This document shows, piece by piece, positions 28,992-37,161 of a stretch of 64,000 nucleotides of DNA. Position 1 is the first letter of the stretch; the number at the start of each line of letters is the position of its first letter. Under the pieces are notes generated by a model. It searched no databases. It was not told the DNA's origin and worked only from the letters and a program-made list of their open reading frames with translations. The stretch spans positions 78,196 to 142,195 of the forward strand of contig CAYMXN010000002.1 of NCBI GenBank assembly GCA_964394435.1, read 5' to 3'. The DNA is from an uncultured Candidatus Saccharibacteria bacterium. Its GTDB lineage: Bacteria; Patescibacteriota; Minisyncoccia; UBA6257; 1-14-0-10-44-23. The position numbers and the translations under genes are program-made.

Positions 28992-29026
28992 ATGAAGTAT
29001 GAATTATGAGTTATGAATTATGAAAA
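28992..29026. repeat. Array of five tandem 7-bp iterons (ATGARTT), 5 nt upstream of the RNase start codon.
   Basis: ATGAAGT ATGAATT ATGAGTT ATGAATT ATGAAAA. The same architecture recurs at 36271-36305, 39269-39303 and 44321-44355. Confidence 0.7.
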
Positions 29027-29067
29027 GATACTAAGACTCGAAAAATCTATTAATTCAATTATAGCGC

Positions 29068-29108
29068 AAATTAAAAAGCCCCGCGCGACGCATAGCATCG
29101 CACGGGGG
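29068..29108 (-). terminator. Intrinsic terminator of the GC-rich cassette gene (minus strand).
   Basis: Hairpin ccccgcgcgacgcatagcatcgcacgggg followed by CUUUUUAAUUU on the minus strand. Confidence 0.65.
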
Positions 29109-29165
29109 CAAAGGGGTTCAGGTGATCAAGGTCTTAGGGACCACGATAACCAGAACCCGAGGGAG

Positions 29166-29657
29166 CTACTTACGGAAGACCAACTCGTGCTTGGGAGACC
29201 AGAGGGTACCGCCGAGATCGGCGTAGTCCGCGCCGAGCCATCGCCCATATACGCGGCGATCGACGCAGATCACGCGCCAGTGGCCGTTCGAGTCCTTGAT
29301 CGGCTCCATCGCCAACCAAAGGACCTCGTTCATCGGCTGGTCGAAGCAGCCGAGGCGAATCGCGACGCCGTCACTTGGCAAGCAGGGCTTCAAGCCCCGC
29401 TCTTGTCCGCGCTTCAGGATCTCGCGCAGTTCCACCACCTCAGTGAATCCGAGCTCATTCACCCTAAGGCGAATGAACTCCACCGTCTCTGCCGTCGTGG
29501 GCAGAGGCACCTTCCCGAGGATTTCGGCCGCCCAGTCTCCTAGTCTCATCCCGGCCCCCTGGAGCGCCAAGCGAATCTCACCGGCGTCTTTGTAGACGGT
29601 CGTCAGAGTCTTCCACGCGCTGACGAAGGCGATGTCAGGGATGTCAGGATAGTTCAC
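29166..29657 (-). CDS. GC-rich cassette gene encoding a hypothetical 163-aa protein.
   Basis: GTG start with SD GAAGGAG; high GC. A consensus TTGACA-N17-TATAAT promoter and a long 5'UTR hairpin lie upstream; a terminator lies downstream. Confidence 0.55.
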   Translation of the reverse strand: MNYPDIPDIAFVSAWKTLTTVYKDAGEIRLALQGAGMRLGDWAAEILGKVPLPTTAETVEFIRLRVNELGFTEVVELREILKRGQERGLKPCLPSDGVAIRLGCFDQPMNEVLWLAMEPIKDSNGHWRVICVDRRVYGRWLGADYADLGGTLWSPKHELVFRK

Positions 29658-29721
29658 GGAAACTCCTTCTCGCCTGAAAGGCGGAGGTTTCTGGCTGCCC
29701 GCCAGTTGAGAGGCGTAGGCG

Positions 29722-29771
29722 TTTTGCCACAGCAGAAAAAGGCCTTAGAGCCCTTTTTTGCTGTGGCAAAA
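29722..29771 (-). promoter_or_regulatory. Long imperfect-palindrome hairpin in the 5'UTR of the cassette gene.
   Basis: ttttgccacagcagaaaaaggcc-ttagag-cccttttttgctgtggcaaaa lies between the promoter and the SD. Confidence 0.5.
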
Positions 29772-29804
29772 CGTGCAAGTAGTCTTATTAAATATCTAAG
29801 ATAA

Positions 29805-29833
29805 ATTATAGCACTTTTTGTGCTATTTGTCAA
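29805..29833 (-). promoter_or_regulatory. Consensus sigma70 promoter TTGACA-N17-TATAAT on the minus strand.
   Basis: The reverse complement reads cattgacaaatagcacaaaaagtgctataattt. Confidence 0.65.
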
Positions 29834-29885
29834 TGCCTCATAACCCCGTTAGAACTAGGATATTAAACGAAATAATACGTACGAA

Positions 29886-31103
29886 TTATGAATGATGGTA
29901 CGAGAACAGCGCCTCTTCGGCGATTGCGCGCTCACTCCAAGCTATTTTTTTACCCTTCGGACCGTAGAACCACTCCTGACTCCCCATGCCCGTGATCGCA
30001 ACCACATCACTTACCTTAGCAAGTTGGATTGCTTTATGAATCGCCTCTTTCCGGTCAGATACTACATGAGCTTTTTCTGGATGTTGCATACCCTTTTTCA
30101 TCTCCTCGATAATCGTGCGCGGATCTTCGTCATATGGGTCATCGCTAGTCAGCACTACTTCATCACAAAACTCTTCGGCGATAGCGGCCATCTGTGGGCG
30201 CTTCCACTTGTCCCTTCCCCCACCTGCTGAGCCAATAACTCCAATCAGTCGCTCTCCTTTTGTTTTTAAAAATACATATACTGCGCGCAATGATTCTGGC
30301 GTGTGTGCATAATCAATAACAACAAGTGGTTTATTTGGATGGGAGATAAACTCGAGCCGCCCTGGTACACCCTTAAATTCGCGAAACACCCTATCGATAA
30401 CCTCCTGCGCAACGCCAATATTCTGAGCGATAGCACTTACGAGCGCCGCATTTTCTAGGTTAAAATCGCTCAACAACCATGAGCTTAACTTAATTTGCTT
30501 ATCCTGCGTAAGACGCTCAACATCTTTGCGTCCATACCAAATTACTTTTCCACGACTGACCGCATCTTCAAAAAATGGCCCGTGCGGACTATCTGTGTTG
30601 ATGAAAAAAGTTTTTTCTAGCTTTGGCGATTTTTCATCGACATATTTAAAGAAACTTGTTTTTGCCTCTCGATAATTTTCGAATGACCCATGGCTCTCGA
30701 TATGCTCGGGGTGCAGACAGGTCATCGCAGCTACATCAAACTGAATAAACCTATGTCGATGCTGAACTACTCCCTGGCTCGTCACCTCGATAATCGCATA
30801 CGTACATCCTGCGTCGGCGGCTTGGCGTAAAAACTTTTGAATATACATGCGCCCCGGCATTGTGTTGCCTGTGCGATTTTTTTCAGTCTTCCCTGCTATT
30901 TTTACGTGTACTGAAGAAAGTACGGCGACTTTATATCCAGCCGCAGTTAAGACGGCGTGTAAGAGTTCTGCGGTAGTCGACTTCCCTTTTGTTCCCGTGA
31001 TACCAATAACGGTTAACTCTTTAGAGGGGTTGCGGTAATACAAATTCCCAAACCAAGCGAGAAAGTGATGATATCTATTTTTCGCAAATGAAATTGGACT
31101 CAT
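29886..31103 (-). CDS. Mur ligase family protein (MurE-like).
   Basis: P-loop GITGTKGKSTT, a Mur ligase central domain, and a C-terminal DDPYDEDPRT that resembles the MurE DNPR motif. Confidence 0.55.
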   Translation of the reverse strand: MSPISFAKNRYHHFLAWFGNLYYRNPSKELTVIGITGTKGKSTTAELLHAVLTAAGYKVAVLSSVHVKIAGKTEKNRTGNTMPGRMYIQKFLRQAADAGCTYAIIEVTSQGVVQHRHRFIQFDVAAMTCLHPEHIESHGSFENYREAKTSFFKYVDEKSPKLEKTFFINTDSPHGPFFEDAVSRGKVIWYGRKDVERLTQDKQIKLSSWLLSDFNLENAALVSAIAQNIGVAQEVIDRVFREFKGVPGRLEFISHPNKPLVVIDYAHTPESLRAVYVFLKTKGERLIGVIGSAGGGRDKWKRPQMAAIAEEFCDEVVLTSDDPYDEDPRTIIEEMKKGMQHPEKAHVVSDRKEAIHKAIQLAKVSDVVAITGMGSQEWFYGPKGKKIAWSERAIAEEALFSYHHS

Positions 31104-31105
31104 AG

Positions 31106-31681
31106 CTATTTCTTTGTGGTGCGCAGCGCTGCCTTGAGTCGCTCGTTAAACCCTTTTACTGACGGATCTATCTTAGCGATAGCTGCTTTTGCTTGCGCCT
31201 TACTATACCCAAGGCTTACGAGCGTCTCCTCGAGATCGAGATCTGACTCCATCAAGCCAAGCGTCTGTGTATTATCTACAAATGAGAGCTTACCCTTTAA
31301 GTCGAGCACGACACGCTCGGCAGTTTTTTTGCCGATACCTGAAGCACGTACAAGCAAATCGGTTTTGCCTTCATTGATCGCAGCAATAAGTTGGTCGCCT
31401 TTTGCCACGCCCATAATATTAATTGCTGTTTTTGGACCAACGCCGTTTACCGAGATGAGCGATTCGAATAACTTAAGTTCTGCCTCGGTTGAAAATCCAA
31501 ATAAGTCGAGCGCGTCTTCGCGGACGTGAAGATGACAAAATAGCTCAACCTCCATACCAACATCCGGCAAGCTCGCCATTACTGGCAGCGGGGCGTATAT
31601 TTTTAGCCCCAACCCGCCGACTGAAACAACCGCAAAACCTTCTTTTTTTACTAACAACTCTCCTTTGACTGAATAAACCAT
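31106..31681 (-). CDS. ruvA: Holliday junction branch-migration protein RuvA.
   Basis: HhH motifs ISVNGVGPKTAINIMG and SGIGKKTAERVVLDLKGK; 191 aa. Confidence 0.85.
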   Translation of the reverse strand: MVYSVKGELLVKKEGFAVVSVGGLGLKIYAPLPVMASLPDVGMEVELFCHLHVREDALDLFGFSTEAELKLFESLISVNGVGPKTAINIMGVAKGDQLIAAINEGKTDLLVRASGIGKKTAERVVLDLKGKLSFVDNTQTLGLMESDLDLEETLVSLGYSKAQAKAAIAKIDPSVKGFNERLKAALRTTKK

Positions 31682-31705
31682 ATACCACCATCATACTGCT
31701 CCGGT

Positions 31706-32065
31706 TAAAACAAATAAAGAAGCCGTATGTTTCTCCGAGAAACATACGGCCAAGAACCAATGCCCGAAGGCTAGCCTGCTGCGCGCGTCCAAACCCGCCG
31801 TCTGATCGCCAACTGCTGGCTCCACCTCCATGTGCTGAGCCACTGGCGAACCATCGACGAGTGGAAGTGCCTCCTGTTCTGCTGGTGCAACCTTGGACGA
31901 CGGAACGCCGTCTTCGGGGTGGGTGCGTGCCCACCGCACGCCAGATGCAGGGCCAACCTCTGGACCCGACCAATCGCCTGCGACATCTACACCTCCTGCT
32001 GGCTCTCTGCGCCTACCGCATGAGCCACATATCTTCATTATTCAGAAGTCCGGGCGTATCGTCAA
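31706..32065 (-). other. GC-rich element immediately 5' of ruvA, either a mini-cassette or a structured ncRNA.
   Basis: About 350 bp of high-GC DNA on the minus strand. It carries a TTGACG-N17-AATAAT promoter (32037-32065) and AGGAGG plus ATG of a 71-aa Arg/Trp-rich ORF (31771-31986). It ends in an intrinsic terminator (31706-31750, gccgtatgtttctccgagaaacatacggc followed by a U-run). The coding status is uncertain. Confidence 0.35.
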
Positions 32066-32083
32066 TGGAAAGCGTATATGCTC

Positions 32084-32112
32084 TTGCCAAATATCGCTAT
32101 TTCATCTATACT
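32084..32112 (+). promoter_or_regulatory. rpsT promoter TTGCCA-N17-TATACT.
   Basis: Near-consensus boxes; the rpsT ATG lies only 11 nt downstream of the -10 box, so the mRNA is leaderless or has a very short leader. Confidence 0.5.
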
Positions 32113-32123
32113 CGTTGCCATAT

Positions 32124-32381
32124 ATGCCGATTACATCTTCAGCTAAAAAGGCGCTGCGCCAGACCAAAACGCACCGCAAAGCAAACATTAAACGCCAGAA
32201 CGAACTCAAGGCTGTTATTAAGGCCTTTAAGAAACTTGTCGCTACTGACAAGAAAGAGGCTGAAAAGTTTGTTAGCCAGCTCTACGCTCGTATCGATAAG
32301 TCAGCTAAGACTGGTATTATCAAGCTCAACAAGGCTGCGCGCCTCAAGAGCCGATTAGTAAAGAAGCTCGTAACTAAATAG
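32124..32381 (+). CDS. rpsT: 30S ribosomal protein S20.
   Basis: MPITSSAKKALRQTKTHRKANIKRQNELKAVIKAFKK... The longer ORF from 31893 is an artefact of the GC-rich upstream DNA. Confidence 0.85.
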   Translation: MPITSSAKKALRQTKTHRKANIKRQNELKAVIKAFKKLVATDKKEAEKFVSQLYARIDKSAKTGIIKLNKAARLKSRLVKKLVTK

Positions 32382-32411
32382 AACTAAACTAAAACACCCC
32401 ATCGGGGTGTT

Positions 32412-33179
32412 TTAGTTTACTGAAGAGAGAACAAAGTCTGTGAGTGCTTCGGCGTAGTCGAGTTTGCCACTTTTAATCGCGATATCGTAGTCGGCAAAGC
32501 GCACCTTGCCCGCCGGGTCGAGCTGGCTCGCGAGCACGTTAAATACTGCGGCTGGCTCGTTTTTCTCTAGGGCAAAATACAGCGAGTTGAGCTTTTTCTG
32601 GATCGGCGCACTCCCCTTGAGACTCATAATGAGCGGGAAAAAGTCTGGCGCGGCTACCGTCCCCTCGCTCTCCCCTCCGTACGCGAGCCGCTCGAGCTCG
32701 GTCATTATGAGCCATAAGTCATCACCTTCCGCATTAACGACTCGACGAATAACATCATCAGAAACTGTCCAACTCTTTTCTTTAATTTCGCTTTTAATAA
32801 ATGAAAGTAGTTTCGCGCCTTCGAGCGGTTCAAACTCCGAGCTCTTTACCCCCTCTTTTAGTAAGAAGTCGAAATCTTTAGGTAGCTTTTTTTCAGCAAC
32901 AACGATAAGCGTCGTCTCTTTGTCTTCGATTAAGCCTTTGAGTAAATCCTTGAGCTCTTTCTTCCCCTCATCAGCCGCGGTTAAAATGCCGAGCTTGGCT
33001 TTCGCAAAGAGCGAACGGGCGGTAGCGAACTCTTTGAGCCGACTAAAATCACCATCACTCTCAAGGGAGAACGATTGCGGAACCGCGTCAGGATATTTTT
33101 TTAGATACTGGGCGACAATTTCGGCGAGTTTTTGAGAGCGCCGATAACTGTCGGGCCCGTAAAGATAAAGAATCATCAA
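32412..33179 (-). CDS. holA: DNA polymerase III delta subunit-like protein.
   Basis: N-terminal LYLYGPDSYRRSQKLAEIV resembles the delta N-domain; 255 aa. Confidence 0.5.
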   Translation of the reverse strand: MMILYLYGPDSYRRSQKLAEIVAQYLKKYPDAVPQSFSLESDGDFSRLKEFATARSLFAKAKLGILTAADEGKKELKDLLKGLIEDKETTLIVVAEKKLPKDFDFLLKEGVKSSEFEPLEGAKLLSFIKSEIKEKSWTVSDDVIRRVVNAEGDDLWLIMTELERLAYGGESEGTVAAPDFFPLIMSLKGSAPIQKKLNSLYFALEKNEPAAVFNVLASQLDPAGKVRFADYDIAIKSGKLDYAEALTDFVLSSVN

Positions 33180-33180
33180 A

Positions 33181-33636
33181 CTATAATGTTGTTAACGCAC
33201 TCCGAACCTCGTCAGGCAGAATCTTAGATTTCCCATCTTCTCCGACAGAAACGACTACAAAATCTATAGTAGCTACAAGCGTGCCATCCTCCTTGAACAT
33301 CGCTTGATGATAAGTTGCACTTTTTGCTCTTGGTGGCATCACCTTAGTAAGAACAATCGCCCGCTCACCAATCTTCATTTCGTCAACATATTCAATGTTG
33401 AGTTTTTTCGCAAAAAGACGAATTCCAAACTCCTTCAGTAAATAATCCCTGCTAATACCACGCTCTTCTTGAGATGATTTTTGAGCCTCTTCAAAAATCT
33501 TAATAAACCCAAGATAATTTAAATGGCCGTTTTCATCAATTAACTCTGTCGTTATTACTCGCTCATATCGAATGCCCCACTCCGCGGTCTCTTTTTCTTT
33601 TGGAATATCGGGAAACTTTGTTGGATTTTCTACCAT
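33181..33636 (-). CDS. Hotdog-fold thioesterase-like protein.
   Basis: 4HBT-like core HLNYLGFIKIFEEA; 151 aa. Confidence 0.45.
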   Translation of the reverse strand: MVENPTKFPDIPKEKETAEWGIRYERVITTELIDENGHLNYLGFIKIFEEAQKSSQEERGISRDYLLKEFGIRLFAKKLNIEYVDEMKIGERAIVLTKVMPPRAKSATYHQAMFKEDGTLVATIDFVVVSVGEDGKSKILPDEVRSALTTL

Positions 33637-33647
33637 AAAATTAATTT

Positions 33648-35354
33648 CTAGTGGCTACCTTTAGTAGTAATCTTTTTAGCCTCCATCGCTGCGGGCGCGG
33701 CATAAATACTCTTTTTCTTTACAGCAGCTTTAATAAACTCCCTAAACAATGGATGTGGGTGTAGTGGGCGGCCGAGGAGTTCCGGGTGCGACTGCGTACC
33801 GACAAAAAACGGGTGCACTTCACGTGGAAGCTCGGCGATCTCCATAAGCCGACGGTCCGGCGATACACCGGAGAAGATTAATCCTTTTTTCTCAAGGCGG
33901 TCGATAAATTTCGGGTTTACTTCGTAGCGGTGGCGGTGGCGCTCGATAATACGCTTTGCTCCATACGCTTCCATCGCGATAGTATCTGACTTGAGGAGCG
34001 CCGGATAGTTACCGAGGCGCATCGTCGCGCCATAACGCTTATTAATAATATTTTCGCGTTGCTCGGGGAGGATATCGATAACCGGGTAGCCGGTTTTCGG
34101 ATCAACCTCGGTCGTACTGGCTCCGCCCATACCGGCGACATGACGGGCGAACTCAACAACGGCGAGCTGCATACCATAACAAAGGCCGAAGTATGGAATC
34201 TTTTTCGTGCGGCAGTACTCGATAACATTAATCTTTCCTTCAATGCCACGACTCCCAAATCCACCAGGAACGATAATACCCTGATACTGATCGAGCTCTT
34301 TAAGCTTTTCTTTATCTTTTTCAAATGTTTCGGCATCTAACCAAGCGATTTCCGGCTTCCTCCCCTGGTCATAGGCGGCTTGGCGAACTGCTTCGATTAC
34401 TGAAATATATGAATCGGCGAGCACAAATCCTCCGGAGGTAAAGTACTTTCCCACAATACCGATCTTAACGGTCTGCGTGGCTTTGCGAATCTGTTGCACA
34501 AAACCCGCCCACTCTCTTAGGTCTGGCTTACGCGGACGCATCTTAAACTTCTCTAAGATTAAATTACCGAGGCCGTCTTTTTCAAAATTGATTGGCACTT
34601 CGTAAATACTGTTCACATCCGGAGCGGCGATGACATCTTGCTCGCGGACGCTGCAGTTAAAGGCGATTTTCTCTTTGCGCATCTTATCGATCGCCACTGC
34701 GGCGCGAGCGATAATGATATCCGGTTGGATACCGGCGGAGTTTACTGAGCGGACTGCGTACTGCGTTGGTTTACTCTTAAGCTCGCCATCCTTCATCCAA
34801 GGCAAGTGACTTACTAATACAAATAACGCGTCTTCCGGTTGGCGAACTTTTAGAATACGATACGCTTCGAGGAATAAAATGTTCTGATACTCCCCGACCG
34901 TGCCTCCGATTTCGATAACCACAAAGTCCGCCTTATCTTTTTTGGCGGCAAAATGAATCTTGTCCAACACTGCCATCGGGATTTCCGGCACTACTGACAC
35001 ACACTTCCCTTTGTACTCAAGATTGCGCTCTTTGCTAATAACCGACAGATAAATACTGCCGGTAGTCATATAGTTGGCGGAACTCAAATCTCTGTTTAAA
35101 AAGCGCTCGTAGTTGCCCAGGTCTTGGTCAGTTTCCATTCCGTCCTTGAGTACAAAGACCTCTCCGTGCTCAACTGGGTTCATCGTGCCCGCATCTACGT
35201 TTACATACGGGTCAATCTTCATTGCGCTGACGTTAAATCCACGGGACTGCAATATCTTGGCGATGGACGATGCGGCAATACCTTTACCGACGCCACTCAT
35301 TACGCCTCCTGCTACAAAAATATATTTTGTCTTGTGGTTAACTTTTTTTGCCAT
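33648..35354 (-). CDS. pyrG: CTP synthase.
   Basis: N-terminal KYIFVAGGVMSGVGKGIAASSIA and the C-terminal GATase GLCYGMQLAVVEFARH. Confidence 0.9.
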   Translation of the reverse strand: MAKKVNHKTKYIFVAGGVMSGVGKGIAASSIAKILQSRGFNVSAMKIDPYVNVDAGTMNPVEHGEVFVLKDGMETDQDLGNYERFLNRDLSSANYMTTGSIYLSVISKERNLEYKGKCVSVVPEIPMAVLDKIHFAAKKDKADFVVIEIGGTVGEYQNILFLEAYRILKVRQPEDALFVLVSHLPWMKDGELKSKPTQYAVRSVNSAGIQPDIIIARAAVAIDKMRKEKIAFNCSVREQDVIAAPDVNSIYEVPINFEKDGLGNLILEKFKMRPRKPDLREWAGFVQQIRKATQTVKIGIVGKYFTSGGFVLADSYISVIEAVRQAAYDQGRKPEIAWLDAETFEKDKEKLKELDQYQGIIVPGGFGSRGIEGKINVIEYCRTKKIPYFGLCYGMQLAVVEFARHVAGMGGASTTEVDPKTGYPVIDILPEQRENIINKRYGATMRLGNYPALLKSDTIAMEAYGAKRIIERHRHRYEVNPKFIDRLEKKGLIFSGVSPDRRLMEIAELPREVHPFFVGTQSHPELLGRPLHPHPLFREFIKAAVKKKSIYAAPAAMEAKKITTKGSH

Positions 35355-36261
35355 TGTGGGTTTGGCATTTCGGGCAGAAATGCGCCGATCTCCCTCCTAC
35401 TGTAATCCTTTTGATAGGAGTTGCGCAACGTTGACAAGGTTCATCTTCTCTTTGATAAACAAGTCGATGTCCCGTATACCCACCCTCTTTGCCACTAGGG
35501 TCACGAAAGTCGGAAGTCGAGGTACCACGCAACTCAACAGCCTTTGATAGAACTGCGCGCATCGCTTCATAGATAGCGGACAGTTCGTCGGTCTTGAGTT
35601 TATTCGCCGGGCGGCTTGGATGGACGTGGGCGCGCCAGAGGATATCGTCGGAGTAGATGTTGCCGATACCGGCCAGTACATATGGGTCCATCAGCACCTG
35701 CTTAATTGGTCGGTGTTCGTGCGTGATGATATCTGCGAAAATCTCCTCGGTAAGCTTTGGGTCGAGCGCGTCTGGCCCGAGTTCGGCGAGCTCGGGGAGT
35801 GATTCGATTTGTTCGCATGGCCCGAGCAGCACCTTTGCAAACTTGCGCACATCAGAAAGTCCGAGCATCTGCCCGTTATCTAAATACAAAATCAGATGCA
35901 CGTAGCCGTTATATGAGTCTTCGATTATCTCTCTTGGTTCGAGTGCGACCGCCCTACCGCCTACAATCTCCCACTTCCCAATTAAAAAGTGGCCGGTCAT
36001 TTTTTGATGTACAAGTAGAAGTTTGTCGCGCGTAAGGTCGATGAGGATATTTTTCCCTTTGCGACGGGCGCCGATTATTTTTTCACCAATGATATCTTTT
36101 TGAAACTTTGTGACTGCGGACTCTGATATATGCAGCCGAGATTGGTTGAGTGGATCTTTAATCATCTTCGGCCAGTCAAACCAAACACCGACAATAACGC
36201 GCCCGGTGAGTCGGTCGCGCAAATCTCTTACCACAGTTTCTACTTCGGGAAGTTCGGGCAT
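35338..36261 (-). CDS. mutM: Formamidopyrimidine-DNA glycosylase.
   Basis: N-terminal MPELPEVETV with the catalytic Pro2, and a C-terminal zinc finger CQRCATPIKRITVGGRSAHFCPKCQ. The track ORF extending to 36309 reads through the iteron array and is unlikely. Confidence 0.85.
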   Translation of the reverse strand: MPELPEVETVVRDLRDRLTGRVIVGVWFDWPKMIKDPLNQSRLHISESAVTKFQKDIIGEKIIGARRKGKNILIDLTRDKLLLVHQKMTGHFLIGKWEIVGGRAVALEPREIIEDSYNGYVHLILYLDNGQMLGLSDVRKFAKVLLGPCEQIESLPELAELGPDALDPKLTEEIFADIITHEHRPIKQVLMDPYVLAGIGNIYSDDILWRAHVHPSRPANKLKTDELSAIYEAMRAVLSKAVELRGTSTSDFRDPSGKEGGYTGHRLVYQREDEPCQRCATPIKRITVGGRSAHFCPKCQTHNGKKS

Positions 36262-36270
36262 AAGGGGGGG

Positions 36271-36305
36271 ATGAGTTATGACGTATGAATTACGAACTAT
36301 GAATA
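36271..36305. repeat. Array of five 7-bp iterons, 10 nt upstream of the mutM start.
   Basis: ATGAGTT ATGACGT ATGAATT ACGAACT ATGAATA. The first 26 nt are identical to 39269-39294. Confidence 0.7.
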
Positions 36306-36371
36306 ACAAAGAAGAGACCTTTAGCTGTCAGCTTAAAGCTTTTGGGAATAAATACAAAGCAAGCGAAGATA

Positions 36372-36400
36372 TTGACATTATATAGAATAGAATGTATAAT
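36372..36400 (+). promoter_or_regulatory. Consensus sigma70 promoter TTGACA-N17-TATAAT.
   Basis: ttgaca-ttatatagaatagaatg-tataat. Confidence 0.65.
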
Positions 36401-36481
36401 ATATTTGCTCGTAACCTAGCACCTTTGCCCATTGGCGCTGGTGCGCAATCCTACCTCCAAGAGACAGGAAAGGAGTTCCCC

Positions 36482-36970
36482 GTGAAGAAGATCCGGATCG
36501 GCAAAAAACTCGCACTACTCCTCCGCGCGCTTCCGAAGATTATCGAGGCCGCCCTCAAAGAGCGGTTCCGAGAGGTTGATGAATGGGAGTTCTATCATGT
36601 CGCCAGTCGAGCCGAAGCCCCTCCCGAATACAGAGAGCCTCTCGCGGACAATGCAACAGAGGAGGAGGTTGATGAGTGGCACATGCGCCAAAATGATTGG
36701 CGCTTCGATGACTACCTGTGTACTGCCTCGATCTCCTACAACGGGCACATCCAGGTGCGCGGCAAGATCGAAATCGAGGAGTGGTTCGCGATCGGATATG
36801 ACCCGATTGTGAACGCGACTCTATGGATCTGCCTGCCCGACGGAACGCAGATTCGCAAGGCGTTCCGCTATGACGAGCGGACTAGCCACCTCGCCGAAGA
36901 AAATGATGAGAAGATTCCGGAGAGCCCGCCGGAAGAGATCCCCTTCGACAAATCGAAGAGTGCAGCGTAG
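36482..36970 (+). CDS. GC-rich cassette gene encoding a hypothetical acidic 162-aa protein.
   Basis: GTG start with SD GGAAAGGAG 7 nt upstream; high GC. The ATG at 36392 overlaps the -10 box and is unlikely to be the start. A terminator follows. Confidence 0.5.
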   Translation: MKKIRIGKKLALLLRALPKIIEAALKERFREVDEWEFYHVASRAEAPPEYREPLADNATEEEVDEWHMRQNDWRFDDYLCTASISYNGHIQVRGKIEIEEWFAIGYDPIVNATLWICLPDGTQIRKAFRYDERTSHLAEENDEKIPESPPEEIPFDKSKSAA

Positions 36971-36980
36971 GAAGTCACGC

Positions 36981-37015
36981 CCCCGACCAGACAGCTGGTT
37001 CGGGGCTTTTTTATT
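36981..37015 (+). terminator. Intrinsic terminator.
   Basis: ccccgaccagacagctggttcgggg followed by cttttttatt. Confidence 0.7.
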
Positions 37016-37105
37016 CGAATGAGAGGAGAAGCGGGGCGTGATCTGAAACCTCGTCAGGCAAAATCTGAAAGTCATTTACCTGCACCCCTGGAGATACGAA
37101 GATAT

Positions 37106-37152
37106 AGTCAGGAAATCTCTGACCACGGTTTCTACTTCAGGAAGTTCGGGTA
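37106..37152 (-). repeat. Duplicated fragment of the mutM 5' end (about codons 1-15).
   Basis: About 40 of 45 nt are identical to 36215-36261: the fragment reads ...aaatctctgaccacggtttctacttcaggaagttcgggtat against mutM ...aaatctcttaccacagtttctacttcgggaagttcgggcat. In the copy ATG has become ATA. Confidence 0.6.
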
Positions 37153-37161
37153 TGAAAAGTG

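Noticed and set aside
31700-32120. RNase P RNA (rnpB) in the GC-rich region upstream of rpsT.
   Set aside because: Motif fragments resembling P4 and P10.1-P12 exist on the + strand, but the required 5' P4 partner is missing. A + strand RNA would overlap the rpsT promoter and CDS. The only terminator is on the minus strand, where the motifs do not fit. Only an unresolved ncRNA or mini-cassette was reported.
31861-32381. Long + strand ORFs (162-165 aa) extending upstream of rpsT.
   Set aside because: They are an artefact of stop-poor GC-rich DNA fused in-frame to the genuine 85-aa S20 reading frame. The consensus promoter sits only 11 nt before the S20 ATG.
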